Positions 26,301 through 34,347 of a stretch of 42,940 nucleotides of DNA are shown one piece after another. The translations under genes were made by a program, and so were the position numbers. The stretch's first letter is position 1; every line of letters begins with the position of its first letter. The DNA is from a virus, in the IMG/VR virus record IMGVR_UViG_3300045988_008255; one strand, written 5' to 3'. Under the pieces are notes generated by a model that was not told the DNA's origin, ran no database searches, and saw only the letters and a program-made list of their open reading frames with translations.

Positions 26301-27524
26301 ATGAGCATACAGACAGAGATCGACCGCATTATCACGGCAGTCGGCGCGGCGTATGACGCAGTGGAGGCCAAAGGCGGCACAGCCCCTGCGGCACAGACCA
26401 TCGAAGGGCTTGCAGGCGCGATCAGCGGCATAAAATCCGCACCGACTACGCCGTATATGGAAGCGGAGTATGGTGTGGGGGAGGATACAGACGGCATCAC
26501 GAACCACTATATCAAGCGCGCAAAACTCTACAATCACACGGCAATCTATGCGTATGAGTTCGCAGGGCAGAACCAACTAAAAAACCTTGACTTTAGTGAT
26601 GCTTCAAATAATATCACGGCAATAGAAGCAATGGCGTTTAATCAGGCACAGGTGAATGGGCTGGTTCTGCCAAATACGATCAGCGTGTTAGGGAATGGAT
26701 GTTTTAATTCTGCATACATCACAACGCTAACAGTTCCGCCACTTGTGACAGTGCTTCCAAACAATGCGTTTTTTTTTATTCAACCACTCTACAATAATGA
26801 AACGGGGGAAGAACTTCCAATCAACATCATCCTGCCACAAAATCTCACAAAAATAGGAATCTTTTGCTTTGACAGTGCATCGATTAAGCAAATCGCTATA
26901 CCGGATACGGTAACAGAAATCGGGGACGGTGCTTTTAACTACTGTGAGCAACTGGCATCGATTGCACTGCCATCAGGTCTACAAAAAATCTCAAGCAGAA
27001 TGCTCGCCGATTGCAGGAGTCTGACATCCATTACAATTCCGGCATCCGTAACTGAAATCGCTAGTCAAGCTTTTGCAAGTTCCGGGCTTACATCCATCAC
27101 AATTCCATCAACGGTAACGACACTTGGCAGTAGTGCATTTAATAACTGTGCATCGTTGGCACATATAGATATACAGGCACATGTAATAGAGATTCCGGAG
27201 GGTTTCGCAGAAGAAAGCGGCAGAACGTCAGTGACGCTGCCGGATACAGTAGAAACGATCGGCAGAAGCGCGTTTATCTCGTCCCGCGCCAACCTCACGG
27301 AGATCACTATCCCCGCCTCCGTCACGTCGATCGGAGATTATGCGTTCGTGCAAAATGAAGCCATGATGACAGTCACATGTCTGGCCGCAACCCCGCCGAC
27401 ACTCGGAAGGAATGTGTTCACTCTCGCTACAGTATCTGTCATCAAAGTCCCGGCTGCATCGGTCGCGGCGTATAAAGCTGCCGACGGATGGAAGGATTAT
27501 GCGAGTTACATCGTTGCGATGTGA
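26301..27524 (+). CDS. BspA-type leucine-rich-repeat protein, probable receptor-binding protein
   Basis: 407 aa. Repeated IP.TVT.IG..AF..C..L.SI.IP units (LRR_5 type) after a fibre-like N-terminus MSIQTEIDRIITAV. Central part is AT-richer. Confidence 0.8.
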   Translation: MSIQTEIDRIITAVGAAYDAVEAKGGTAPAAQTIEGLAGAISGIKSAPTTPYMEAEYGVGEDTDGITNHYIKRAKLYNHTAIYAYEFAGQNQLKNLDFSDASNNITAIEAMAFNQAQVNGLVLPNTISVLGNGCFNSAYITTLTVPPLVTVLPNNAFFFIQPLYNNETGEELPINIILPQNLTKIGIFCFDSASIKQIAIPDTVTEIGDGAFNYCEQLASIALPSGLQKISSRMLADCRSLTSITIPASVTEIASQAFASSGLTSITIPSTVTTLGSSAFNNCASLAHIDIQAHVIEIPEGFAEESGRTSVTLPDTVETIGRSAFISSRANLTEITIPASVTSIGDYAFVQNEAMMTVTCLAATPPTLGRNVFTLATVSVIKVPAASVAAYKAADGWKDYASYIVAM

Positions 27525-27553
27525 ACGCTGAAAACCGGAAAAGGGAGAACACC

Positions 27554-28048
27554 ATGGACACCAAGACCATCATTGACACCCTCGTCACCGACCGGACGCA
27601 GGCGGACGTGGAGCGCGTCAAGGCGCTTGCCGCGAAGGGCTTTGCTGCCATGACCGCAGCCGAGCGGGCGGAATGGCTGGCCGGGATGAAGGGCGCGTAT
27701 AACGCAAGCGACATGAATCGCGTGGGAACCGCCATGAACTATCTGGCGGCGCGTCTTGCGCCGGTCTGCGGCATGAGTATCGCATGGTCCGCAAAAACAG
27801 ATTGGGCCGCAACGGACATTATAACGGCATCACAGACCGAGGCATACCGCAAGCAGGTGCAGTCCATCCGGGATGCACTGGCATACCCCGAAGGAACGCC
27901 GGACGCGCCCGGCCTCGACCGGCTGACCTACACCGGCGCAAACGACATCGAGCGCATTCTTGCGCTCTGCGAGGAACTGATTGACAACATCACAAAGGCG
28001 TTCCGCTACACCGGCGCTGCGGAATGCGCGACAGGAGGCTTGATATGA
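27554..28048 (+). CDS. Hypothetical tail-fibre-associated protein
   Basis: 164 aa from ATG 27554 after AAAGGGAGA. TDRTQADVERVKAL..KG...M...ER.EW..GMKGAYNASDMNRV pattern, seen next to fibre genes in gut Firmicutes phages. Confidence 0.45.
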   Translation: MDTKTIIDTLVTDRTQADVERVKALAAKGFAAMTAAERAEWLAGMKGAYNASDMNRVGTAMNYLAARLAPVCGMSIAWSAKTDWAATDIITASQTEAYRKQVQSIRDALAYPEGTPDAPGLDRLTYTGANDIERILALCEELIDNITKAFRYTGAAECATGGLI

Positions 28049-29628
28049 AAGATCGTCAACCTACAAAAGTCCTTTCCAACGGTGCTATTCGATATGGCAT
28101 CTACAATTCCGACGGTAGTCTTGATCACTACGAGTACATGAAACGTATGGACGAGCCAACAGTTGAGGGTACGCCTCTCAATAAGGCAAATCTTCTGTCC
28201 GATGCCACTGCCGCCAAGCTCTGGCCGAACGCAACCACGAGGCCGGAGGATCCGACAGTCAACGACGCGCTCGGCAAGCTTTCGGAGGGTACGGCCAAAG
28301 TCGGCGACATCGCTATCACGTCCCGCACAGACCTGTCCGACGCATGGCTGCCGTGCGACGGTAGGTACATTTCCGGCGAACAGTACCCGGAACTGTTCAA
28401 TATATTGAGATCCAGCAAGACCAATGCTGCGTGGGATGTTTCCACGTTGATGAACGCAAATCTCTACAATCCAAGCATTTCATATGCAAATGGGTATTGG
28501 TTTGTCACGAGCGCGAATAGCAATAGACCTGATTATCTGGACGGTAAAATCTACTATTCTTCAGACCTTGTTTCTTGGAATGATATTTCTATACCTAAAA
28601 ATCCATTGAAGGGAAAAAAATATACAGGCCTCACCATAATTAGCAGCAGTATAGAAAGGCAGACTACGGTTCAATACTTAAACGGGGAATATGTGCTTGT
28701 CTTTTATATGAGTTTTGTCACAGATCCCGGCGGAGCAAATAGTTCTCGTTTGTACGTTTGTGCGCACACTGATACGCTTAATCCTGTTAGCTGGAAATTC
28801 ACTGCACTATCTACTACGGCAGACTTTTTACCGGAGAGTTATCCCCCTCCCGTATGGCTGTTTTATGACGGATCAAAGTATATTGCATCGATCGAGTATC
28901 AGGACGCTAAGGACTACGAATGTCTATACCGCGCTGATCTCGTCGAAGAACCAGAAGAAATTACTTTAAACGGATGGGCAGTTCCAAAATACAGTGCTAA
29001 CAACTTGCCGAAAAAATATAATGCGGAAACGGGGTATTTTTATAGAATATATGATTACATCGAAAATTCTACGCGCAGGCAACAGCTTCAGCGAACGCAG
29101 TATCCTCTCGACCAAAGCTCGTGGACGACTGTTTTCAGCCATACGTCTTTCGACGTTTTGGAGTATGCCGTAGACGGAAATACCATTTCAATCATAACGG
29201 CCTCATCGGATAACAAATACGCCTATTTCAAATCCGAAAATAATGGCGCAACGTTTACGCAGGTTATTGCAAACTCTACGATATCTGGTTTAACAGCGTC
29301 AAGGTACGAATTTCCCGCTGGTATGATTCTTGCGGACGGCATATCCGTGTGTGTCGCTGCATCATCTGGCGCATACACCACCCAAAAATTAGTACTTGCG
29401 GATGATGACGCTTCTGGCTTCGTGTGTATAACAATGCCGCACGCGCTCAACCGGTTCCTCAACACATATCAGCCCGCGGCAGCGTGCGGGAGCTTGGCGG
29501 CGGTCGTAACTTCCGCCGCAGGAAATGGGTACGTAATGTATCATGATTTCGCGTATGGAGATAAGAAAATCCCAACAGTTACACCGGGGCTTCGCAGTCA
29601 TGCCTACATCAAGGCGCTGGAGGAATAG
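28045..29628 (+). CDS. Tail fibre / RBP: conserved N-terminus, tail-collar-like motif, Asp-box beta-propeller-like C-domain
   Basis: 527 aa from ATG 28045. GTPLNKANLL, then VGDIAITSRTDLSDAWLPCDGRYISGEQYPELF, then SENNGATF and SSDLVSW Asp-box-like motifs. The C-terminal 1.1 kb is clearly AT-richer. Confidence 0.65.
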   Translation: MKDRQPTKVLSNGAIRYGIYNSDGSLDHYEYMKRMDEPTVEGTPLNKANLLSDATAAKLWPNATTRPEDPTVNDALGKLSEGTAKVGDIAITSRTDLSDAWLPCDGRYISGEQYPELFNILRSSKTNAAWDVSTLMNANLYNPSISYANGYWFVTSANSNRPDYLDGKIYYSSDLVSWNDISIPKNPLKGKKYTGLTIISSSIERQTTVQYLNGEYVLVFYMSFVTDPGGANSSRLYVCAHTDTLNPVSWKFTALSTTADFLPESYPPPVWLFYDGSKYIASIEYQDAKDYECLYRADLVEEPEEITLNGWAVPKYSANNLPKKYNAETGYFYRIYDYIENSTRRQQLQRTQYPLDQSSWTTVFSHTSFDVLEYAVDGNTISIITASSDNKYAYFKSENNGATFTQVIANSTISGLTASRYEFPAGMILADGISVCVAASSGAYTTQKLVLADDDASGFVCITMPHALNRFLNTYQPAAACGSLAAVVTSAAGNGYVMYHDFAYGDKKIPTVTPGLRSHAYIKALEE

Positions 29629-29630
29629 CC

Positions 29631-30059
29631 ATGCGGGATAGAATCGGCACAAACGATCTCGCAAACGGCGCTATCCGGTACGGGGTATATGACGCGAGCG
29701 GTAACCGCCTGCGCTATGAATGGCTTCGCCCGGAGGACGAGCCGCTGGAAGCTGGAACGCCGCTCACGGCCGGGAACCTGCTGACGGCACAGAGCGCTGC
29801 AAAGATCTGGCGAGCGGGCGACGCACCGGCGAACCCGATGGTAAATGAGGCGCTTGCAAAGCTGGCAGAGCCGAACTATCACGTTGGTGATATCCTCACG
29901 ACTGTCCGCGTCCTCGCTGCCCCGTGGCACGCGTGTGATGGCTCAACCTTCGATCAGGCTGCATACCCGGCCCTCTACGCAGCCCTCGGCGGCACGACGC
30001 TGCCGACGATCAGCTATTCCAGCGATACCACCACCTATATCAAAATGGCGGACGATTAG
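29631..30059 (+). CDS. Short tail-fibre paralogue (N-terminal 120 aa homologous to 28045 gene)
   Basis: 142 aa. NGAIRYGVY..G..L.YE.......P.E.GTPL.A.NLL...AAK.W......P...VN.AL.KL.....VGDI....R.....W..CDG aligns with the preceding gene. Confidence 0.6.
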   Translation: MRDRIGTNDLANGAIRYGVYDASGNRLRYEWLRPEDEPLEAGTPLTAGNLLTAQSAAKIWRAGDAPANPMVNEALAKLAEPNYHVGDILTTVRVLAAPWHACDGSTFDQAAYPALYAALGGTTLPTISYSSDTTTYIKMADD

Positions 30060-30091
30060 CCCGGCAAAATAAAAGAGAAAGGTACGGAAAA

Positions 30092-30436
30092 ATGGACACC
30101 AAAACCATCATCGTCACCCTTGTCTGCGCCGTGCTCGGCTCGTCCGCGCTTACGGCGGTAGTGAACGCCGTCGTAAGCGCGATACAAAAAAAGCGCGGCA
30201 AGGCCACATCGCAGGATGAGCATCTCGGCGAGATTGACAAAAAGCTCGACAAGATGCAGACGCATCAGAACGAGCAGTATCTGGCAATCCTCCGCCTCAC
30301 GATCATGAGCGAGGAAATGCCAATGGCCGAGCGGCTGATCGCCGGAGAGAAGTATAAAAAAATGGGCGGGAACGGCGACGTGAAAAAATTCCTGCACCAG
30401 CTGGAGGCGCAATGCGGACACAGTAATGGAGTTTAG
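30092..30436 (+). CDS. N-terminally membrane-anchored coiled-coil protein (lysis-cassette associated)
   Basis: 114 aa. TM IIVTLVCAVLGSSALTAVVNAVVSAI followed by a charged helical tail. Confidence 0.4.
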   Translation: MDTKTIIVTLVCAVLGSSALTAVVNAVVSAIQKKRGKATSQDEHLGEIDKKLDKMQTHQNEQYLAILRLTIMSEEMPMAERLIAGEKYKKMGGNGDVKKFLHQLEAQCGHSNGV

Positions 30437-30683
30437 CAAGAAGTGGCTGATTTGCAGCGCGCTTGTCAGCCTCGCGCTTATCATCGCCTGCGCGGCAGGC
30501 GCAGACCTGATGGAGATCACGCTTGCGGTGCTGGCCGAAACAACGGCCTCCAGCGGCTTTTACCTCTGGAAGGCAAAGAACGAGAACCGCGCGAAGTACG
30601 CGCAGAAGTACATGGATAAATGGGCCGAGAAATACGGCCCGGAAGCGGCAGCACGCATCGCGGAGATCGTGCTGAAAGATTGA
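30426..30683 (+). CDS. Two-TM small membrane protein, holin candidate
   Basis: 85 aa. WLICSALVSLALIIACAA and ITLAVLAETTASSGFYLW hydrophobic segments, basic C-tail. Confidence 0.45.
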   Translation: MEFSKKWLICSALVSLALIIACAAGADLMEITLAVLAETTASSGFYLWKAKNENRAKYAQKYMDKWAEKYGPEAAARIAEIVLKD

Positions 30684-30696
30684 AAGGAGCATACAT

Positions 30697-31005
30697 ATGG
30701 ACTACACGCAAATTATCTCGGCAGTGATCGCGCTCATCAGCGCGCTCGTTTCGGCATTTTTGATCCCGTGGCTCAAAACCAAGATCGACGCGGACAAGCT
30801 GCAAACGCTCCGCACTTACGTTGAGATCGGCGTAAAGGCGGCGGAGCAGCTGTACACCGCGACGGACGGCGCGGCGAAAAAGGCGTATGTCGCGAACTTC
30901 CTCGCCGAGAAGGGCATTCAATTTGATGTGGAAACGATCGATAAGCTGATCGAGGCCGCCGTGCTGCAGCTGCATCACGAGCTGTACGGGAGTGAGAGGG
31001 CATGA
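30697..31005 (+). CDS. Holin, LL-H family-like
   Basis: 102 aa. Single N-terminal TM IISAVIALISALVSAFLIPWL, then YVEIGVKAAEQ...KKAYV..FL...GI....IDKLIEAAV, typical of Holin_LLH. Confidence 0.65.
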   Translation: MDYTQIISAVIALISALVSAFLIPWLKTKIDADKLQTLRTYVEIGVKAAEQLYTATDGAAKKAYVANFLAEKGIQFDVETIDKLIEAAVLQLHHELYGSERA

Positions 31006-31712
31006 GCATCAAAATTGGGCAGGCCAGCCTCGGCGAAACCGGAGGACGCAACCAGCAGCCCGGCAACCAGAATGGGCGGGAGCTGAATATCTCTAACTGG
31101 TACAATGGCCGCTGGCTCGGTGTCCTGCGCTATAAGAACCGTAAAAAGGCCGAGCGGGCCGCGCAGACGTGCGAGGCGGCCATTAAAAACCGGAATATCG
31201 GTTACGACATGAGCGACCGGAACACGGCGTATGAGGCCGCCAGAGCCGTCCAGTGGGACGTGAGCAAGATCACAAAGCCCGTGGAGACGGACTGCTCCGC
31301 GCTCATGATGCTCTGCGCCGTGGCCGCAGGCTGCGCGTCGGTCGAAGCACTCTACCGTCGGCAGGGCAACAGCTGCACGACATACTGCATGCTGCACGAT
31401 TGGCCAGCAACGGGAGATTTTGTGCTGCTGACCGGCAGCAAGTATCTGACGACGGACGCCAATCTCCTGCGCGGCGACGTACTGGTAAGCGAGGGCCATA
31501 CGGTCATGGCACTCGAAGATGGAAAAAATGCAGAGGAGGAAACCGAAATGGTAGAAAAAAGCAAGATCATCGTGGACGGCAAGGAAGTCGCCGTTGAACG
31601 CATCCTGAAAGACGGAACGAACTACGTCAAGGTGCGCGATCTGGCCGCAGCGCTGGATCTCGAAGTGAGCAACAAGGGCAATATCGCTGTGCTGAATCAC
31701 AAGGAAAAGTAA
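31002..31712 (+). CDS. Endolysin: cysteine-type peptidoglycan hydrolase (NlpC/P60 or Amidase_5-like) plus Cu-amine-oxidase-N-like wall-binding domain
   Basis: 236 aa. IGYDMSDRN, catalytic-looking DCSALMM and EGHTVMAL. C-terminal VDGKEVAVERILKDGTNYVKVRDLAAALDLEV stalk-domain motif. Confidence 0.7.
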   Translation: MSIKIGQASLGETGGRNQQPGNQNGRELNISNWYNGRWLGVLRYKNRKKAERAAQTCEAAIKNRNIGYDMSDRNTAYEAARAVQWDVSKITKPVETDCSALMMLCAVAAGCASVEALYRRQGNSCTTYCMLHDWPATGDFVLLTGSKYLTTDANLLRGDVLVSEGHTVMALEDGKNAEEETEMVEKSKIIVDGKEVAVERILKDGTNYVKVRDLAAALDLEVSNKGNIAVLNHKEK

Positions 31713-31725
31713 GGAGGCGGGGCCT

Positions 31726-31974
31726 ATGTCGCCGCAGGCGCGGGCCAAGCTGCCGCCGGAGCTGGGCCGCCTGACCCGCAAGGACATGGAGGCCGTGATC
31801 TATCAGGCCAATCTTGGCCGGGAGAATGAGAAGATCGCGCACCTTTACTTCGTGGACAAGCTCCCGCAAGTGGACGTTGCAACAGAATTGTATCTTGGCC
31901 GCGCCACGGTACAGCGACGCCTGCCGGAGATCATGGCGTGGATGAAGGCTGCGTCCGGCAGTCTTCCAAACTGA
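31726..31974 (+). CDS. Small sigma-70 region-4-like HTH regulator
   Basis: 82 aa. IAHLYFVDKLPQVDVATELYLGRATVQRRLPEIMAWM resembles an r4 HTH. SD AAGGAGG. Confidence 0.45.
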   Translation: MSPQARAKLPPELGRLTRKDMEAVIYQANLGRENEKIAHLYFVDKLPQVDVATELYLGRATVQRRLPEIMAWMKAASGSLPN

Positions 31975-32023
31975 GCGGAAATGATGCACAAGTGATACGC
32001 AGCTGAGGCACATCAAAACGCAA

Positions 32024-32070
32024 AAAAGCCCATACTGGACACATCAAAGGAGTGTTCGGTATGGGCTTTT
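32024..32070 (+). promoter_or_regulatory. 12-bp-stem hairpin with A-tract/T-tract flanks: terminator-like structure enclosing the SD and start codon of the next gene
   Basis: AAAAGCCCATAC (32024-32035) pairs perfectly with GTATGGGCTTTT (32059-32070). The loop holds AAAGGAG, ATG 32061 lies in the 3' arm, and TTCTTATTT follows. Confidence 0.55.
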
Positions 32071-32444
32071 CTTATTTCAATCCAAATCCCGCTGGGCAGA
32101 AGGTCGGGGACTGCACCGTCCGGGCTATCGCAAAGGCGACCGGGAAGAGCTGGGACGAGGTGTATATCGGCCTGTGCCTGCAGGGGCTCATTATGGGCGA
32201 TCTGCCGAGCGCGAACAGTGTATGGGGGGCGTATCTCCGGCAGCAGGGCTTTACCCGGAACGTAATCCCGAACACGTGCCCGGACTGCTATACCGTCGCG
32301 GATTTCTGCGCAGATCATCCGCGCAGCGTGTATGTGCTGGCGTTATCAAGCCACGTTGTGTGCGTGGAGGATGGGACGTATTTTGACACGTGGGATTCTG
32401 GGAGTGAAATTCCACTGTTTTATTGGGCAAAGGAGGAAGCATGA
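32061..32444 (+). CDS. Hypothetical protein with papain-like Cys/His/Asp pattern
   Basis: 127 aa from ATG 32061 (track start 32052 is GTG). VGDCTVRAIAKATG ... ALSSHVVCVEDGTYFDTWDSG. Confidence 0.5.
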   Translation: MGFSYFNPNPAGQKVGDCTVRAIAKATGKSWDEVYIGLCLQGLIMGDLPSANSVWGAYLRQQGFTRNVIPNTCPDCYTVADFCADHPRSVYVLALSSHVVCVEDGTYFDTWDSGSEIPLFYWAKEEA

Positions 32445-32914
32445 TGTTTGGACAACAGCCGTATGTGTATCAGCAGCCGATTTACAATCAGTCGCCCATG
32501 CCGCAGATGCAGGAGCCGCAGATGCAGATGCGTCCGCAGTATCAGCCCGCGCCGCAGATGCCGACTTATCAGCCGCAGCCACAGCAGCCGCAAAACCAGT
32601 CGATCATCTGGATCCCGAACGAACAGGCGGCAAACGACTTTATTGTCGCGCCCAACAACGCAGTAACGCTTTGGGATATGAACGCGCCGGTCGTGTATGT
32701 GAAAAAGGCCGATGCAAGCGGAAAGCCGAGCATGACAACGTATGATCTTGTGGAGCGCGCACAGACCGTTATAACGCCCACAGCGGCCCGAAGGGACATG
32801 AGCGAGGAATATGTGACCCGCAAGGAGTTCGACGAGCTTGTAGCCAAGCTGACGGCTCCCAGCGTAAGACCGACGCGCAAGACAAAGGAGGCAGACAATG
32901 AACCCACTGTTTAA
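32441..32914 (+). CDS. Hypothetical protein, Q/P/M-rich N-terminus plus small globular domain
   Basis: 157 aa from ATG 32441 after AGGAGG. The first ~52 aa are almost only Q, P, M and Y, followed by IIWIPNEQAANDFIVAPNNAVTLWDMNAPVVYVKKAD. Confidence 0.55.
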   Translation: MMFGQQPYVYQQPIYNQSPMPQMQEPQMQMRPQYQPAPQMPTYQPQPQQPQNQSIIWIPNEQAANDFIVAPNNAVTLWDMNAPVVYVKKADASGKPSMTTYDLVERAQTVITPTAARRDMSEEYVTRKEFDELVAKLTAPSVRPTRKTKEADNEPTV

Positions 32915-33113
32915 TGCTCTGGGCGGCGGGCAAATGCCCGGCCAGATCGGCCAGTTTCAGCAGCTGGTGCAGCAGTTCCGGCAATTCCAGAGCGCATTTA
33001 AGGGGAATCCGAAAGCAGAGGTTGAAAAGCTTGTGCAGTCGGGCCAGATATCGCAGCAGCAGTTAAATCAGCTGCAACAGGTGGCAAGCCAGTTTCAGCA
33101 GCTTCTTGGATAA
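32898..33113 (+). CDS. Hypothetical Q-rich helical protein
   Basis: 71 aa, about 30 percent Gln (QFQQLVQQFRQFQ...QQQLNQLQQVASQFQQLL). SD AAGGAGG. Confidence 0.55.
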   Translation: MNPLFNALGGGQMPGQIGQFQQLVQQFRQFQSAFKGNPKAEVEKLVQSGQISQQQLNQLQQVASQFQQLLG

Positions 33114-33175
33114 CTTAGATTTCAATTCGTGCGCACGATTGAGATAAATTTCAAAATCTACGAAAGGAGAAAACT

Positions 33176-33997
33176 ATGAGTTTGAATGGCGATGGTATTC
33201 CTATGAACATGCCTGTTGTTCCGGCTGGCACGAACAACGGTAATGGATGGGGAGGCTTTGGCGGCGATAACGGCTGGTGGATTATTCTGTTCTTCATTGT
33301 TCTGATGGGGTGGAATCGGAACGGTTGGGGCGGCAATAATGGCAGCGGCGCTGCGGACAACTATGTTCTTGCAAGTGACTTTGCTACGCTTCAGAGGCAG
33401 ATTGACAGCGCGGCGTCCACACTCGAGCGTAAGGGCGAAATTACCCAGCAGGGGCTTTGCGACGGATTTTACGCAATGAACACTACGTTGCTGAACGGTT
33501 TCGCCGGTGTCAATCAGAACATGAACACTGGCTTCCAGTCCGCCGAGCTTTCCCGTTGCAATCAGCAGGCGGCGCTCATGCAGCAGCTTAACGCGATGCA
33601 GATGCAGGCGGCGAACTGCTGCTGCGAAAACCGCGCTTCAATCGCCCAGGTGCGCTACGACATGGCGACGCAGGCATGCGACACCCGCAACACCGTGCAG
33701 AACACCACGCGCGACATCATCGACGCGATGAACTGCGGCTTCCGCAGCATCGACCAGCGTCTGACGGCGCAGGAGCTTGCGGCGAAGGACGCGAAGATCG
33801 CCGAGCAGAACCAGCAGCTCTTTGTTGCGCAGCTTGCGGCAAGCCAGAACGCTCAGACGCTCGATCTGCGTAACTATGTGAGCGGGCAGTTGGCATATTA
33901 CAACCCGCGCCCTGTTCCGGCATTCAGCGTTCCGGCCCCGTACCAGTACGCAGGATGCAACAGCGGTTACAACTACGGCTGCGGCAACTGCGCGTAA
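33176..33997 (+). CDS. Hypothetical G/N/W-rich, Q/N coiled-coil, Cys-rich protein with short hydrophobic segment
   Basis: 273 aa. GNGWGGFGGDNGWWIILFFIVLMGWNRNGWGGNNG, then a Q/N-rich helical region with 10 Cys including ANCCCENR and the C-terminal GCNSGYNYGCGNCA. SD AAAGGAGA. Confidence 0.6.
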   Translation: MSLNGDGIPMNMPVVPAGTNNGNGWGGFGGDNGWWIILFFIVLMGWNRNGWGGNNGSGAADNYVLASDFATLQRQIDSAASTLERKGEITQQGLCDGFYAMNTTLLNGFAGVNQNMNTGFQSAELSRCNQQAALMQQLNAMQMQAANCCCENRASIAQVRYDMATQACDTRNTVQNTTRDIIDAMNCGFRSIDQRLTAQELAAKDAKIAEQNQQLFVAQLAASQNAQTLDLRNYVSGQLAYYNPRPVPAFSVPAPYQYAGCNSGYNYGCGNCA

Positions 33998-34071
33998 CAA
34001 CTCCACATCGTAGAGCTTTTTCGTGGCCTCACGAAAATGGTCGGCCCCCATTGCCGATACTCGATAGCAAC

Positions 34072-34106
34072 GCGGCGGGGCAATCGTCCCGCCGCTGTAT
34101 TTTTTA
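34072..34106 (+). terminator. Rho-independent terminator
   Basis: GCGGCGGG-gcaatcgt-CCCGCCGC followed by TGTATTTTTTAT. Confidence 0.75.
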
Positions 34107-34122
34107 TGAAAGGAATGATTTT

Positions 34123-34347
34123 ATGGCAACATATAAGGAACTCAAGAAGAAATTCATCGATCACCTGATGGGCGTGGATCTGTACAAGATGAACATCACG
34201 GATCTCTATACATACGCCTGTATCCTGAAAACGGTGGACGAAATGGAGCAGCCGAGCTGCGCAGAGGCGATGAAGACGGCGATGGAGCCGATTTTGAACT
34301 ACTGCAAAGCAGGCAATTCGGGAAGCGGGGTGTTTGGGATTGGCTGA
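34123..34347 (+). CDS. Hypothetical small protein
   Basis: 74 aa from ATG 34123. Helical, 3 Cys, G/S-rich C-terminus. Confidence 0.45.
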   Translation: MATYKELKKKFIDHLMGVDLYKMNITDLYTYACILKTVDEMEQPSCAEAMKTAMEPILNYCKAGNSGSGVFGIG

